Notes: generated by a model not told the origin, from the letters alone. Positions 38,845 to 49,157 are shown, counted from the first letter of the stretch. The stretch: 64,000 nucleotides of DNA from Thermodesulfobacteriota bacterium (GCA_040755455.1 JBFMAY010000001.1:192001-256000), one strand, 5' to 3'. A program made the numbers and translations.

Positions 38845-39888
38845 GTGCATATTCTTATTGTCAAAACAAGCGCCATCGGCGATGTCATCCATACCCTGCC
38901 GGCCCTCCACAGCCTGCGCCGTCATTATCCCGAGGCCCGTATCGACTGGCTGATTGAAGAGGCGGCGGCGGACATAATCGCCGGACATCCGGCCCTTGAC
39001 CGGCTGCTGGTGTCCAAAAGAAAACGCTGGGTGCAGGCCCTGCGCCGCGGACCAAACCGGCTGCAGGCCTGGCGGGAGCTGTGGGCCTTTATCCGGGAGC
39101 TGCGCGCCACCCGCTATGATCTGCTCATTGATTTCCAGGGGCTGCTCAAGAGCGGCATGCTGGTGGCCGCAAGCCGGGCTGCGCGCAAGGTGGGTTTCGG
39201 CCGGGGCATGGAACATGCCGAATGCAGCTACATCTTTCTCAACGAAAAGGTTCCGGCGGTGGATATGAACATCCATGCCGTGCGGCGCGGGCTCATGCTG
39301 CTCGAGGGCATCGGCATCAAAACCGACGAGGTGGTCTTTGATCTGCCGCTTGGCCCGGAGCATTTCCGCCAGGTTGAGTCACTGCTGCGCGCCAGGGGGA
39401 TAGCCGACCCGTCCATGGTCGTGCCGATCAATCCGGTGGCCACCTGGCCGACCAAACTGTGGGATAACGCCGGTTTTGCCCAGGTCGCCGATTGGGTCGC
39501 CGGCCAGGGCAGGCAGGTGGTTTTCACCGGCGGCAAGGGTGACCGGCCGGTCATTGACGCGATCATTGCCCGCATGCACCAGCCGGCGGTGAATCTTGCC
39601 GGGGAAACCACCTTGAAGACCTTGGCCGCCCTGTACCGCAGTGCCCGGCTGGTGATTTCCACTGACACCGGCCCCATGCATCTTGCCGCCGCGGTTGGCA
39701 CGCCGGTGGTGGCGGTTTTCGGCTCCACAGCCCCCTGGCGCACCGGCCCGTATGGCGAGGGGCATCAGGTGGTCCGCCTTGATCTGCCCTGCAGCCCCTG
39801 TCTGAAAAGGGAATGCGACCACCGGCGCTGCATGAATGACCTGGCCCCGGAGCTGGTGATCAACGCCCTCCAACGTCTTCTTTCTTAA
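38845..39888 (+). CDS. Glycosyltransferase family 9 (LPS heptosyltransferase, WaaC/WaaF-like)
   Basis: HILIVKTSAIGDVIHTLP, YDLLIDFQGLLKS, DTGPMHLAAA, PCSPC. Start GTG 38845 or ATG 38806; the upstream ORF extension overlaps padR and is spurious. Confidence 0.9.
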   Translation: MHILIVKTSAIGDVIHTLPALHSLRRHYPEARIDWLIEEAAADIIAGHPALDRLLVSKRKRWVQALRRGPNRLQAWRELWAFIRELRATRYDLLIDFQGLLKSGMLVAASRAARKVGFGRGMEHAECSYIFLNEKVPAVDMNIHAVRRGLMLLEGIGIKTDEVVFDLPLGPEHFRQVESLLRARGIADPSMVVPINPVATWPTKLWDNAGFAQVADWVAGQGRQVVFTGGKGDRPVIDAIIARMHQPAVNLAGETTLKTLAALYRSARLVISTDTGPMHLAAAVGTPVVAVFGSTAPWRTGPYGEGHQVVRLDLPCSPCLKRECDHRRCMNDLAPELVINALQRLLS

Positions 39889-39998
39889 TAGTGTACAGCC
39901 GCATATTTTGTTGCGAGTGGGTACAACTACCTATAATTTTTTCTTGACTTTCTCCAGATAATACGTATTAAATAGGTAAGGTGCGACAAAATGCCACA

Positions 39999-40013
39999 TG
40001 ACACATTGTGTCA
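39999..40013. promoter_or_regulatory. Perfect 7-1-7 palindrome upstream of hydrogenase operon
   Basis: TGACACA-T-TGTGTCA preceded by degenerate TGCGACAAAATGCCACA; regulator unknown. Confidence 0.4.
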
Positions 40014-40096
40014 ACATCCTCGGGTGTTGATTTTTTGGTCTGCCTTTGTCCTGAACCGATTTCCGCAGCGCGGGTCACAGTAAAAAGGAGGTCCCC

Positions 40097-41185
40097 ATGC
40101 CGATAACAATTAACGAACTCGTCAACGAAAACCAGTGCAGCCGCCGCAGTTTTCTGAAGGCCTGCACCATTACCGCCGCGGCCCTTGGTCTTTCCGATGT
40201 AATGATCCCCAGGCTGGTCGAGGCGGCGGCTAATCCGCAGCGGCCGCCCGTGGTCTGGCTCCATTTTCAGGAGTGCACCGGCTGTACCGAGTCTCTGGTG
40301 AGGGGTTCGCATCCTGATATCGCCCGGCTCATTCTGGACATTATCTCCCTCGATTATCACGAGACACTCATGGCTGCCGCAGGCCATCAGGCTGAGAAGC
40401 AGCTCCATGAGACCATGGAAAAATATCAGGGCAAGTACCTGTGCGTCGTCGAGGGGGCCATCCCGACCAAGGACAAGGGCATCTACTGCAAGATCGCGGG
40501 CCGTACTGCCATGGATATCCTGGCCGAGGTGTCGTCGAAATCCGCCGCGGTCATCGCCATCGGCAGCTGCGCCACTTACGGCGGCATCCAGGCGGCGGCC
40601 CCCAATCCCACCGGCGCGGTGGGGGTGGGGGATCTGGTGCATAATGTGCCGGTCATCAATGTGTCGGGCTGTCCGCCCAACCCGATCGCTTTTCTCGGCA
40701 CAGTCCTGCATTATCTGACCTTCAAGCGGCTGCCGCCCACCGACCAGCTGGGACGGCCGCTCTTTGCCTATGGCCGCAAAATCCATGATCAGTGCGAAAG
40801 AAGGGCCCATTTCGACGAAGGCCGCTTTGCCGAGCAGTTCGGCGATGCAGGCCACCTGGCGGGCTACTGTCTGTATAAGGTCGGCTGCAAGGGTCCTGAA
40901 ACCTATGCCAACTGTCCGGCGGTGCGTTTTAATGATGTCGGGGTGTGGCCGGTCGGTGTCGGCCACGGCTGCATCGGCTGTACGGAACCGGGGTTCTGGG
41001 ACACCATGACCCCCTTCTATGAGCGACTGCCCAATGTGCCGATTCCCGGTGGCGGCGGCATTGTTGCCGAGGCTGAGAGCGCCGGCAAAAAGATCCTCGG
41101 CATTGCCGGCGCCGCGGTGGGCATCCACGCGGCCGTGGGCATCGGCAAACGGTTGATGCAAGGCAAGAGTGAAGAGAATAAATAG
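40097..41185 (+). CDS. [NiFe]-hydrogenase small subunit (Tat-exported, C-terminal anchor)
   Basis: SRRSFLK Tat motif; ECTGCTES, GSCA, GCPP, HDQCERR, CLYKVGCKGP and CIGC. Confidence 0.96.
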   Translation: MPITINELVNENQCSRRSFLKACTITAAALGLSDVMIPRLVEAAANPQRPPVVWLHFQECTGCTESLVRGSHPDIARLILDIISLDYHETLMAAAGHQAEKQLHETMEKYQGKYLCVVEGAIPTKDKGIYCKIAGRTAMDILAEVSSKSAAVIAIGSCATYGGIQAAAPNPTGAVGVGDLVHNVPVINVSGCPPNPIAFLGTVLHYLTFKRLPPTDQLGRPLFAYGRKIHDQCERRAHFDEGRFAEQFGDAGHLAGYCLYKVGCKGPETYANCPAVRFNDVGVWPVGVGHGCIGCTEPGFWDTMTPFYERLPNVPIPGGGGIVAEAESAGKKILGIAGAAVGIHAAVGIGKRLMQGKSEENK

Positions 41186-41209
41186 CCCGGACAGCAAGGA
41201 GGTTGTATC

Positions 41210-42910
41210 ATGGCACAGCGAATAACCATCGATCCCATTACCAGGATCGAAGGACACCTGAGAATAGATGCGGAAGTTGAAGGCGGCAAGGTCAGCAAGG
41301 CCTGGTCTTCCGGGCAGATGTGGCGCGGCATAGAGGTCATCCTCCAGGGCCGTGACCCCAGGGATGCCTGGCTTTTTACCCAGCGCATCTGCGGCGTCTG
41401 CACCACGGTGCATGCCCTGGCGTCGGTCCGGGCGGTGGAAAACGCCCTGGGCCTGCAGATCCCCTTGAACGCCCAGTATGTCAGAAACCTGATCATGTCG
41501 ATCCATGCCCTGCATGACCATATCGTTCATTTTTATGTCCTGTCGGCCCTTGACTGGGTGGATGTCGTGTCCGCCCTCAGCGCCGACCCCGTGAAAACAG
41601 CGACCCTGGCCCAGAGCCTTTCCGAATGGCCCGGCAACAGCAGCAAGCGCTTCAAGGCGGTGCAGGACAAGGTGAAGGCCCTGGTGGACAGCGGTCAGCT
41701 CGGCCCCTTTGCCAATGCCTACTGGGGCCATCCCGCCATGGCACTGCCGCCCGAGGCGAATCTCATGGCCGTCTCCCATTACCTGGAGGCCCTTGATTAC
41801 CAGCGCAAGGCAACCCAGGCCCTGGGCATCATTTCCGGCAAGAACCCGCACATCCAGAACCTTTCCGTGGGCGGGGTGACCGCGGCCATCAATCCGGACA
41901 ACGAGACCGCCCTCAACATGGAGCGGCTCTACTGGGTCAAACAGCTGGTGGAGGAGGTGCGCGGCTTCATCCAGCAGGTCTACCTGCCCGATGTGATCGC
42001 GGTGGGCGCCCTGTACAAGGACTGGCTGCCTTTTGGGGCCGGTGTCACCAACTACCTGGCCGTGCCCGACATGGTGCTGGATACGGCGGGCACCCAGTTT
42101 GATCTGCCGGGCGGCACCATTTTCAATGGCGATCTGTCCACGGTCAAGCCCATAACCGGTTTCAACGATCCGTACTTCCGGGATAATGTGGTGGAAGGTA
42201 TTGACCACGCCTGGTATGATGGGGACTGGTCGCGCCATCCCTATGAGGAGGAGACCGTGCCCAAGTACACAGAATTCCAGGACAATGGCAAATATACCTG
42301 GCTCAAGGCCCCGCGCTTCCAGGAGAAACCGATGCAGGTCGGCCCCCTGGCCCAGCTCCTGGTCGGTTATGCCCTCGGTCACGAGCAGACGGTGAAGAAT
42401 GTCAACGATGCCCTGACCAGGGTGAGCGCGGTGGCCGGCGTTGCCGTCGGACCCGCGGTGCTGCACTCGACCCTGGGACGGCATCTGGCCAGGGCGGTGC
42501 GGGCCTCCATGCTGAGCGATCTTGCCCTCAAGCACTGGCAGCTGCTGGTTGACAATGTCGGCCGGGGTGATCTGGCGATCTTCAACCCGCCCACCTTTCC
42601 CAAGGGCGAGCAGCGCGGCTACGGTATCCACGAGGCGCCGCGGGGGGCGCTGTCCCACTGGATCGTTATTAATAACGGCAAGATAAAGAATTACCAGTGT
42701 GTGGTGCCTTCCACCTGGAACGCAGGGCCCCGGGACAAGGCAGGGCAGCCCGGCCCCTATGAGGCGTCATTGGTCGGCAACCCGGTGGCTGATCCGGAAA
42801 AACCGCTGGAGGTGCTCAGGACCATTCATTCCTTTGACCCCTGCATCGCCTGCGCCGTGCATATGGCCAATCCGCAAGGCAGGGAGCTGGCCAGGGTGAA
42901 AGTTATTTAG
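41210..42910 (+). CDS. [NiFe]-hydrogenase large subunit, group 1 (HybC-like sequence)
   Basis: IDPITRIEGH, L1 QRICGVC, L2 SFDPCIACAVH plus cleavable C-terminal tail. Confidence 0.97.
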   Translation: MAQRITIDPITRIEGHLRIDAEVEGGKVSKAWSSGQMWRGIEVILQGRDPRDAWLFTQRICGVCTTVHALASVRAVENALGLQIPLNAQYVRNLIMSIHALHDHIVHFYVLSALDWVDVVSALSADPVKTATLAQSLSEWPGNSSKRFKAVQDKVKALVDSGQLGPFANAYWGHPAMALPPEANLMAVSHYLEALDYQRKATQALGIISGKNPHIQNLSVGGVTAAINPDNETALNMERLYWVKQLVEEVRGFIQQVYLPDVIAVGALYKDWLPFGAGVTNYLAVPDMVLDTAGTQFDLPGGTIFNGDLSTVKPITGFNDPYFRDNVVEGIDHAWYDGDWSRHPYEEETVPKYTEFQDNGKYTWLKAPRFQEKPMQVGPLAQLLVGYALGHEQTVKNVNDALTRVSAVAGVAVGPAVLHSTLGRHLARAVRASMLSDLALKHWQLLVDNVGRGDLAIFNPPTFPKGEQRGYGIHEAPRGALSHWIVINNGKIKNYQCVVPSTWNAGPRDKAGQPGPYEASLVGNPVADPEKPLEVLRTIHSFDPCIACAVHMANPQGRELARVKVI

Positions 42911-42959
42911 GAGCCGTTACGAAATATCTCTTCATTTCGCGCATGTCGTTACGGCTCCT
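42909..42959. repeat. ~52-bp palindromic element, copy 2
   Basis: AGGAGCCGTTACGA...TCGTTACGGCTCCT overlapping the large-subunit TAG stop. Confidence 0.75.
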
Positions 42960-43018
42960 CATGCCGGCACTGACATCCAAACGACGATGTTATTTTTAAA
43001 ACGGCCGAGGAGGCTGCC

Positions 43019-43678
43019 ATGAACTATGAGAAAAAGTATGTGTGGAGTATCCTGTTCCGTCTCTGTCACTGGGCCTTCGCCCTTGCCATCGTTGTGCTGG
43101 CGGTGACCGGGTTCTACATCCATGATCCCTGGACCAATACCTGGCTTGAGGGCGGCCGCAGTTTTCCCATGGCCGACCTGCGCTACTACCACTTTCTGGC
43201 GGGATTCGTCTTTACCGCCGCGGTGCTGGTCCGTTTTTTTCTTTACCTGTTCGGCAACAGGCAGGAGCGCATTCTCAATGCGCTGCCCGTTTCCACCGGC
43301 AATGTGAGGAATTTTTTTTCCACCCTTGCCTATTATGGTTATGTTACGGACAGTCATGAAGAGAGGCTGGGCCACAATACCCTGGCCGGCCTCACCTATC
43401 TGTTCACCTATGTGGCGGCGGCGGCGCAACTGCTGAGCGGTTTTTATCTGCTCTATCCGGAGAGCGCCACCTGGCAGTCCTGGGGGCTGCAGGTGTTCGG
43501 CGCCCAGCAGCAGGCCCGGTTTATTCACCATCTGCTCATGTGGTATTTTCTGTTTTTTGCCTTGGTGCATCTCTATCTGCTGGTATGGAATGACGTGAGG
43601 TCGCCGGAGGGGATGATCTCCTCCATCTTTAACGGGTATAAGTTCAAGCCGAAACATGACAGTTCTGCCAAGGCCTGA
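43019..43678 (+). CDS. Ni/Fe-hydrogenase b-type cytochrome subunit (HyaC/HupC-like)
   Basis: RLCHW, YYHF, GHNTLA, FIHHLLMW..LVHLY, SSIFNGYK; 4 TMs. Confidence 0.92.
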   Translation: MNYEKKYVWSILFRLCHWAFALAIVVLAVTGFYIHDPWTNTWLEGGRSFPMADLRYYHFLAGFVFTAAVLVRFFLYLFGNRQERILNALPVSTGNVRNFFSTLAYYGYVTDSHEERLGHNTLAGLTYLFTYVAAAAQLLSGFYLLYPESATWQSWGLQVFGAQQQARFIHHLLMWYFLFFALVHLYLLVWNDVRSPEGMISSIFNGYKFKPKHDSSAKA

Positions 43679-46034
43679 GAGCCTTTTTTCACACGGGGCG
43701 GCCCCGGAGCAGCAGGGGGTCGAACTGAAGGTGCAGGGCGTGGTGCAGGGGGTCGGCTTCCGGCCCTTTGTCCACCGCCTGGCGTCCCGCTTCGGTTACT
43801 CCGGCACGGTGGTCAACAGCGCTGAAGGGGTGGTGATCCGACTGGCACCACCCCTTGCCCGTTTTGACAGCTTTCTGCGCAGTCTCCAGGAGGAAGCGCC
43901 GCCGCTTGCCAGCATCACCACCCTTGAGAGAACAGCGATCACGGTTTTTCCCTGTGAGCCGGGCTTTCAGATTCTCGCCAGTGAACACTCCGGGGCCGCA
44001 GGCACCATGATCCCGCCTGACGCGGCGGTCTGTGATGACTGTCTGGCTGAGCTGTTCAGCAGAAATGACCGGCGCTACCTCTATCCGTTCATTAACTGCA
44101 CCAACTGCGGGCCGCGTTTCACCATTGTCGAGTCGATCCCCTATGACCGGCCGAACACCTCGATGAAGGTTTTTCCCATGTGCCCGGACTGCGGCCGGGA
44201 GTACCATGATCCGGTGAACCGCCGCTTCCACGCCCAGCCAAATGCCTGCTGGCAGTGCGGCCCACGCATGAGCTGGCATGATGCTGACGGCCGGCCCCTG
44301 GCATGTGAGGACCCGTTGCGCGAGGCAAGCCGCGCCATTGGGCAGGGGAAGGTGGTGGCCATGCGGGGCCTTGGCGGTTTCCATCTCACCGTTGACGCGG
44401 GCAATGATGCGGCGGTGCGCAAATTGCGGGAAAGAAAAAAAAGGCCCGCCAAGCCCCTGGCCGTCATGGTGGCGGATGTTCAGGCGGCCATGGACCTTTG
44501 CCGCATATCCCCCAAGGAAAAAGAGCTGCTGCTTTCCTGCCGGCGGCCCATCGTGCTGCTGCCGAAAAAAAACGACGGCAATCTTGCCCCGTCCGTGGCT
44601 CCGGGCATGCAGCATCTGGGGCTGATGCTGCCCTATACCCCTTTTCATCATCTGCTTTTCCGGGGGGAGGATACCCCGACGGCCCTGGTGATGACCAGCG
44701 GCAACCGCAGCGAAGAGCCGATCTGCACGGCAAACAGTGATGCCATGGAAAAACTTGCCGGTATCGCTGATTTCTTTCTGCTCCATAACCGGGATATCGT
44801 CACCAGGGTTGATGATTCGGTGGTCAGGGTTATCGATGACAGGGAGCGGCCCATCCGCCGGGCCCGTGGCTATGCCCCCGGCTCAGTCGCCCTCGGCCGG
44901 CCGCTGCCGGACATTCTGGCCTGTGGCGCGGAGCTGAAGAACACCTTCTGTATGGCCAGGGGCAAGACCGCCTACCTGAGCCAGCATATCGGCGATCTCA
45001 CAAGCGTTGAAACCCTTGCATTTTTTGAAGAGAGTGTCCGCCATATGCAGAATGTGCTGGAGTTTGCCCCCGCAGCCGTTGCCTGCGATCTGCATCCTGA
45101 TTATCTCAGCACCCGTTTTGCCGAAAGCACGGGCCTGCATCTGTATCGGGTGCAGCATCATCACGCCCACGCCGCGGCCGTCATGGCCGAACGTGGTATA
45201 GAGGAAGAAACATTTGCCGTGATACTTGACGGCACCGGCTTCGGCTCGGACGGCACGGTCTGGGGCGGGGAAATTCTGCTGGCGGGCCTCACCTCTTTTC
45301 AGCGGCTGGCCAGCCTGGAACCGATGATGCTGCCCGGCGGCGATGCCGCGGCCCGGGAACCGTGGCGCATGGCCATGGCCGTCCTGCGGGGGGCATACGG
45401 CCGGGAGGGACTGGGCGCGGCCGTTCGCCTTGTCCCGGCCCTGGCCAAAATAGGCTCTGCCAAAAAAGACACCCTGGCGCAGATGATGTCGCAAAAGGTC
45501 AATACCCCCCTGACCTCAAGCTGCGGCAGGCTCTTTGACGCCCTGGCCGCCCTGCTTGACCTCTGTCTTGTCTCCGGCTATGAAGGCCATGCCGCCATGG
45601 AGCTTGAGGCCATGGCATGGCAGGCGGTGCGGGGCGACGGGCGGAGTGATGGGCCGGATGATGAGCTGCGGTTTCCCGTGGAGATCAGGGAAGAGCAGGG
45701 GCGCCTGCTGATCGGCACGGCAGCGCTGATCCGGTCAGTGGTCGATTCCCTGGCCCGCGCAGATGACCGGGCAGGGCTTGCCCTGGCCTTTCATCGCTGG
45801 CTGGTGTTGTCCCTTACCGCTGTCATCAAGGAGCTGGCGGCCAGGTTCGGCAGCAAGAAGGTGGTGCTCGGCGGCGGCTGCATGCAGAATGGTCTGCTGC
45901 TGGGCGGCTTGAGCAAAAATCTTGAATCCGCAGGATTTCAGGTTTTTTCCGCCGAGAAGGTGCCGGCCAACGATGGCGGACTTGCCCTCGGCCAGGCGGT
46001 TATCGCCGGCATGAATCATATGCAGTCCAGATAA
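43656..46034 (+). CDS. hypF: Carbamoyltransferase
   Basis: GVVQGVGFRP, CDDC..NCTNCGPR, CPDC..HAQPNAC..CGP, HHHAH, DGTG.G.DG.VWGGE, PANDGGLALGQ. Confidence 0.96.
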   Translation: MTVLPRPESLFSHGAAPEQQGVELKVQGVVQGVGFRPFVHRLASRFGYSGTVVNSAEGVVIRLAPPLARFDSFLRSLQEEAPPLASITTLERTAITVFPCEPGFQILASEHSGAAGTMIPPDAAVCDDCLAELFSRNDRRYLYPFINCTNCGPRFTIVESIPYDRPNTSMKVFPMCPDCGREYHDPVNRRFHAQPNACWQCGPRMSWHDADGRPLACEDPLREASRAIGQGKVVAMRGLGGFHLTVDAGNDAAVRKLRERKKRPAKPLAVMVADVQAAMDLCRISPKEKELLLSCRRPIVLLPKKNDGNLAPSVAPGMQHLGLMLPYTPFHHLLFRGEDTPTALVMTSGNRSEEPICTANSDAMEKLAGIADFFLLHNRDIVTRVDDSVVRVIDDRERPIRRARGYAPGSVALGRPLPDILACGAELKNTFCMARGKTAYLSQHIGDLTSVETLAFFEESVRHMQNVLEFAPAAVACDLHPDYLSTRFAESTGLHLYRVQHHHAHAAAVMAERGIEEETFAVILDGTGFGSDGTVWGGEILLAGLTSFQRLASLEPMMLPGGDAAAREPWRMAMAVLRGAYGREGLGAAVRLVPALAKIGSAKKDTLAQMMSQKVNTPLTSSCGRLFDALAALLDLCLVSGYEGHAAMELEAMAWQAVRGDGRSDGPDDELRFPVEIREEQGRLLIGTAALIRSVVDSLARADDRAGLALAFHRWLVLSLTAVIKELAARFGSKKVVLGGGCMQNGLLLGGLSKNLESAGFQVFSAEKVPANDGGLALGQAVIAGMNHMQSR

Positions 46035-46138
46035 CTCTGAGGGTCGGGCGGAACAAAATTGATTTTTTTTCTGTTGTTTACCCTGAGATTTCTGTAAACT
46101 TTTCATTAATAAAAACAAAAAAATAGTGAGGATGTGCA

Positions 46139-46411
46139 ATGTGTCTGGCTGTGCCCATGCGCGTAATCGCCGTAAGAGGGGTTGAAAATGATTTCACCAT
46201 CCCGCAGGTCGGGGTTGTTGAAGCCCAGGGTATTGAAAAAGAGGTGCGGCTGGATCTGGTTGACCGCTGGCCGGAAATAGGAGATTATCTTATTATTCAT
46301 GCAGGCTTTGCCATCCATACCCTGGATGCCGCAGACGCGGAGACCAATCTGCGCCTCCTGCGGGAAATGGCTGACGGCGTGCGGGCCGGGGCCGGCGGGG
46401 AAAAACAGTAA
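46139..46411 (+). CDS. hypC: Hydrogenase assembly chaperone
   Basis: MCLAVP N-terminus; GDYLIIHAGFAI. Confidence 0.95.
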   Translation: MCLAVPMRVIAVRGVENDFTIPQVGVVEAQGIEKEVRLDLVDRWPEIGDYLIIHAGFAIHTLDAADAETNLRLLREMADGVRAGAGGEKQ

Positions 46412-46413
46412 CC

Positions 46414-47502
46414 ATGAAATATGTCTCGGAGTTCAGGGATAAAAAGTATATCGTCCCTTTGGTTGATGAACTGCGCAAGACCATTGACCGTCCCCTGCGG
46501 ATCATGGAGGTGTGCGGCACCCACACCATGGCTATTTTCCGGCATGGTCTGCGTTCGCTGATGCCAGAGGGACTGGAGTTGATCTCCGGACCTGGCTGTC
46601 CGGTATGTGTCACTTCCAGCGCCCATATCGACGGATTTATCGAGGTGGCGAATCGTGAAGGGGTGCGGGTGGCGATCTTCGGCGATCTTTTCCGGGTGCC
46701 GGGCAGCCAGGGTTCGCTGGCCAGGGCGCAATCCATGGGGGCACAGGTCGAGGTTGTTTATTCGCCGATGGACGCCCTGACGCTGGCCGGCAAATATCCG
46801 CAGCAGATGACGGTTTTTCTGTCCGTCGGTTTTGAGACCACCATTCCGCTGGTTGCCGCAACCATACTTGAGGCCGAGCGTCTGAAGGTGGATAATTTCG
46901 CCGTATTTTCCGCCCACAAGATCATGCCGCCGGCCCTTACTGCCCTGCTGGGCGATCCCGAACTCCGCCTGGACGGGCTGCTCTGCCCCGGCCATGTGAG
47001 CACCATCATCGGCGCGGCCGCCTATGAACCGCTGGCCGCCAATTATCGATTGTCCTGCGTGGTGGCTGGTTTTGAGCCGGTTGATGTGCTCCAGGCGATT
47101 ATCATGCTGGCGCGGCAGGCAAGGGAAGGCCGGGCCGAGGTGGAAAACGCCTACGGGCGGGCTGTTTCCTGGCAGGGCAATCTGCGGGCCCAGAAGCTGA
47201 TGCATGACGTTTTCGAGCCGGTCGACTGCCAGTGGCGGGGACTGGGCACCATCCCGGCCAGCGGCATGGCCATCCGCGAACCTTTCTCCCGCTTTGATGC
47301 GGAAAAAAGGTTCGCTATCAGGCTCACGGAAACCCCGGAACCGAAAGGCTGTCTGTGCGGTCAGATCCTCAAGGGGCGCAAATCCCCGGCCGACTGTCCG
47401 CTCTTTGCCGGCCGGTGCACGCCGGTCAATCCGGTGGGCCCCTGCATGGTGTCAAGCGAAGGAACCTGCGCCGCCCATTATCGTTTCGGTCTGGCCGGAT
47501 GA
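46414..47502 (+). CDS. hypD: Hydrogenase formation protein
   Basis: MEVCGTHT, GPGCPVC, GFETT, PGHVS, GPCMVSSEGTCAA. Confidence 0.97.
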   Translation: MKYVSEFRDKKYIVPLVDELRKTIDRPLRIMEVCGTHTMAIFRHGLRSLMPEGLELISGPGCPVCVTSSAHIDGFIEVANREGVRVAIFGDLFRVPGSQGSLARAQSMGAQVEVVYSPMDALTLAGKYPQQMTVFLSVGFETTIPLVAATILEAERLKVDNFAVFSAHKIMPPALTALLGDPELRLDGLLCPGHVSTIIGAAAYEPLAANYRLSCVVAGFEPVDVLQAIIMLARQAREGRAEVENAYGRAVSWQGNLRAQKLMHDVFEPVDCQWRGLGTIPASGMAIREPFSRFDAEKRFAIRLTETPEPKGCLCGQILKGRKSPADCPLFAGRCTPVNPVGPCMVSSEGTCAAHYRFGLAG

Positions 47503-47601
47503 GTTGTGCATGAGATTCATTCGGGGTTTGATCGGAGAAATTGTTTCGCGCATTTGTTTTTCTTAATATCAAATATAAAGATTTGACCCCTAGGGCTTAC
47601 C

Positions 47602-48618
47602 ATGAAACCGACTGAAACGATTCTCCTTGATCATGGCAGCGGCGGCCGTGCCAGCCAGGAGCTAATTAAAAATATTTTTTTGTCCTATCTGGCCAATCCG
47701 GTTCTTTCCTGCCTGGAAGACAGCGCCCTGGTTGACACCGGCGCGGGACAGCTTGCCTTTACCACTGACAGCTACGTGGTTGACCCGATTTTTTTCCCGG
47801 GCGGCGATATCGGCGAGCTGGCCATCAACGGCACGATCAATGACCTGGCCATGCGGGGTGCGGAACCCATTTGTCTCAGTCTCGGCCTGATCCTGGAAGA
47901 GGGCTTTGCCCTGGAGGACCTGAAAAGGGTGATCGTCTCCATCCAGGGGGCATGCCGCCGGGCGGTGGTGCCGGTGGTGACGGGTGACACCAAGGTCGTT
48001 CCCCGGGGCAAGGGGGACAAGATCTTCATCAACACCTCGGGCATCGGCCTGGTTGACCGCGGCATCCACATCTCGGCCAAAAATGCCCGGCCCGGGGATG
48101 CGGTTATCCTTTCCGGCAGCATGGGCGATCATGGCATCACCATCCTGGCCCAGCGGGCCGGCATCTCCTTGCAGGGCAATCTGCGCAGTGACACCATGGC
48201 CCTGCATCGTTTGGTGCAGAAGATGCTGGCCGGGGCGCCCGGTGCGGTCCATACCCTGCGGGACCCGACCAGGGGCGGGGTGGCGACTTCGCTTAATGAA
48301 ATAGCCGAGACGGCTCAGGTGGCCGTGGAGCTCGATGAGAGTGCCATTCCGGTAAGGCCGGAGGTTGCCGCCGCCTGTGAGATTCTCGGCATGGACCCCC
48401 TCTATCTGGCCAATGAGGGCAAATGTCTGGCCCTGGTGGCAAAAGAACATGCCAGCCGCCTGGTTGAGCTGATGCGTTCTCTGCCGGAAGGGGCGGATGC
48501 TGCCGTTATCGGCCGGGTGACCAAAGGCCCTGCGGGCCGGGTGCTGCTGAACACGGTAGCGGGCGGCACACGCATCGTGCAGTCCTTGACCGGTGAACCG
48601 CTGCCGCGAATCTGCTGA
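47602..48618 (+). CDS. hypE: Hydrogenase expression/formation protein
   Basis: HGSGG, TDSYVVDPIFFPGGDIG, TGDTKVV, RDPTRGG, C-terminal PRIC. Confidence 0.97.
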   Translation: MKPTETILLDHGSGGRASQELIKNIFLSYLANPVLSCLEDSALVDTGAGQLAFTTDSYVVDPIFFPGGDIGELAINGTINDLAMRGAEPICLSLGLILEEGFALEDLKRVIVSIQGACRRAVVPVVTGDTKVVPRGKGDKIFINTSGIGLVDRGIHISAKNARPGDAVILSGSMGDHGITILAQRAGISLQGNLRSDTMALHRLVQKMLAGAPGAVHTLRDPTRGGVATSLNEIAETAQVAVELDESAIPVRPEVAAACEILGMDPLYLANEGKCLALVAKEHASRLVELMRSLPEGADAAVIGRVTKGPAGRVLLNTVAGGTRIVQSLTGEPLPRIC

Positions 48619-48632
48619 AAGGAGCGAAAACA

Positions 48633-49157
48633 TTGTCTGTTCTTACAAAAAAAATCGGCGTGCTCGGCATCGGCAATCTGCTGCTTGGCGATGAGGGTTT
48701 TGGCGTGCATGTCATCCGTTATCTGGAGAATCATTGGTTGTTTCCGGAGCAGGTTCACCTGCTGGACGGCGGCACAGCCGGGATTTACATGGCCCCGTTT
48801 CTGGAGGATGTGGACCGGCTGATTGTTGTCGATGTGGTGGCTGACGACGGACCGCCCGGGACCATCTGTCTGTTCAGCGGCGAGGATCTGCGGGGGGCGA
48901 ATGTGCAACTGCGCATGTCGCCCCATCAGCTTGGGCTGCTTGAGGTGCTGGAGATCTGCCGATTGCGCGACCAGGCGCCGGCTGAGATACAGTTCATCGG
49001 CGTGGTGCCGGCGGCAATCGAAACCGGGATGGAGCTGTCGGCGCTGTTGTCTGACCGGGTTATTGAGGTGGCGGCGATGATACTTAACGCCCTTGAAGAG
49101 GAGGGGATCCATGCACGAAATATCACTGGTGCAGGGACTGCTCAAGCAGCTGGCTGA
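48633..49157 (+). CDS. Hydrogenase maturation protease (HyaD/HybD family)
   Basis: GIGNLLLGDEGFG, LDGGT, SPHQLGL. Confidence 0.93.
   Translation: MSVLTKKIGVLGIGNLLLGDEGFGVHVIRYLENHWLFPEQVHLLDGGTAGIYMAPFLEDVDRLIVVDVVADDGPPGTICLFSGEDLRGANVQLRMSPHQLGLLEVLEICRLRDQAPAEIQFIGVVPAAIETGMELSALLSDRVIEVAAMILNALEEEGIHARNITGAGTAQAAG

Noticed and set aside
39968..42658. 896-aa minus-strand ORF
   Set aside because: Antisense shadow of the hydrogenase S and L genes; no recognisable motifs; expected in high-GC coding DNA
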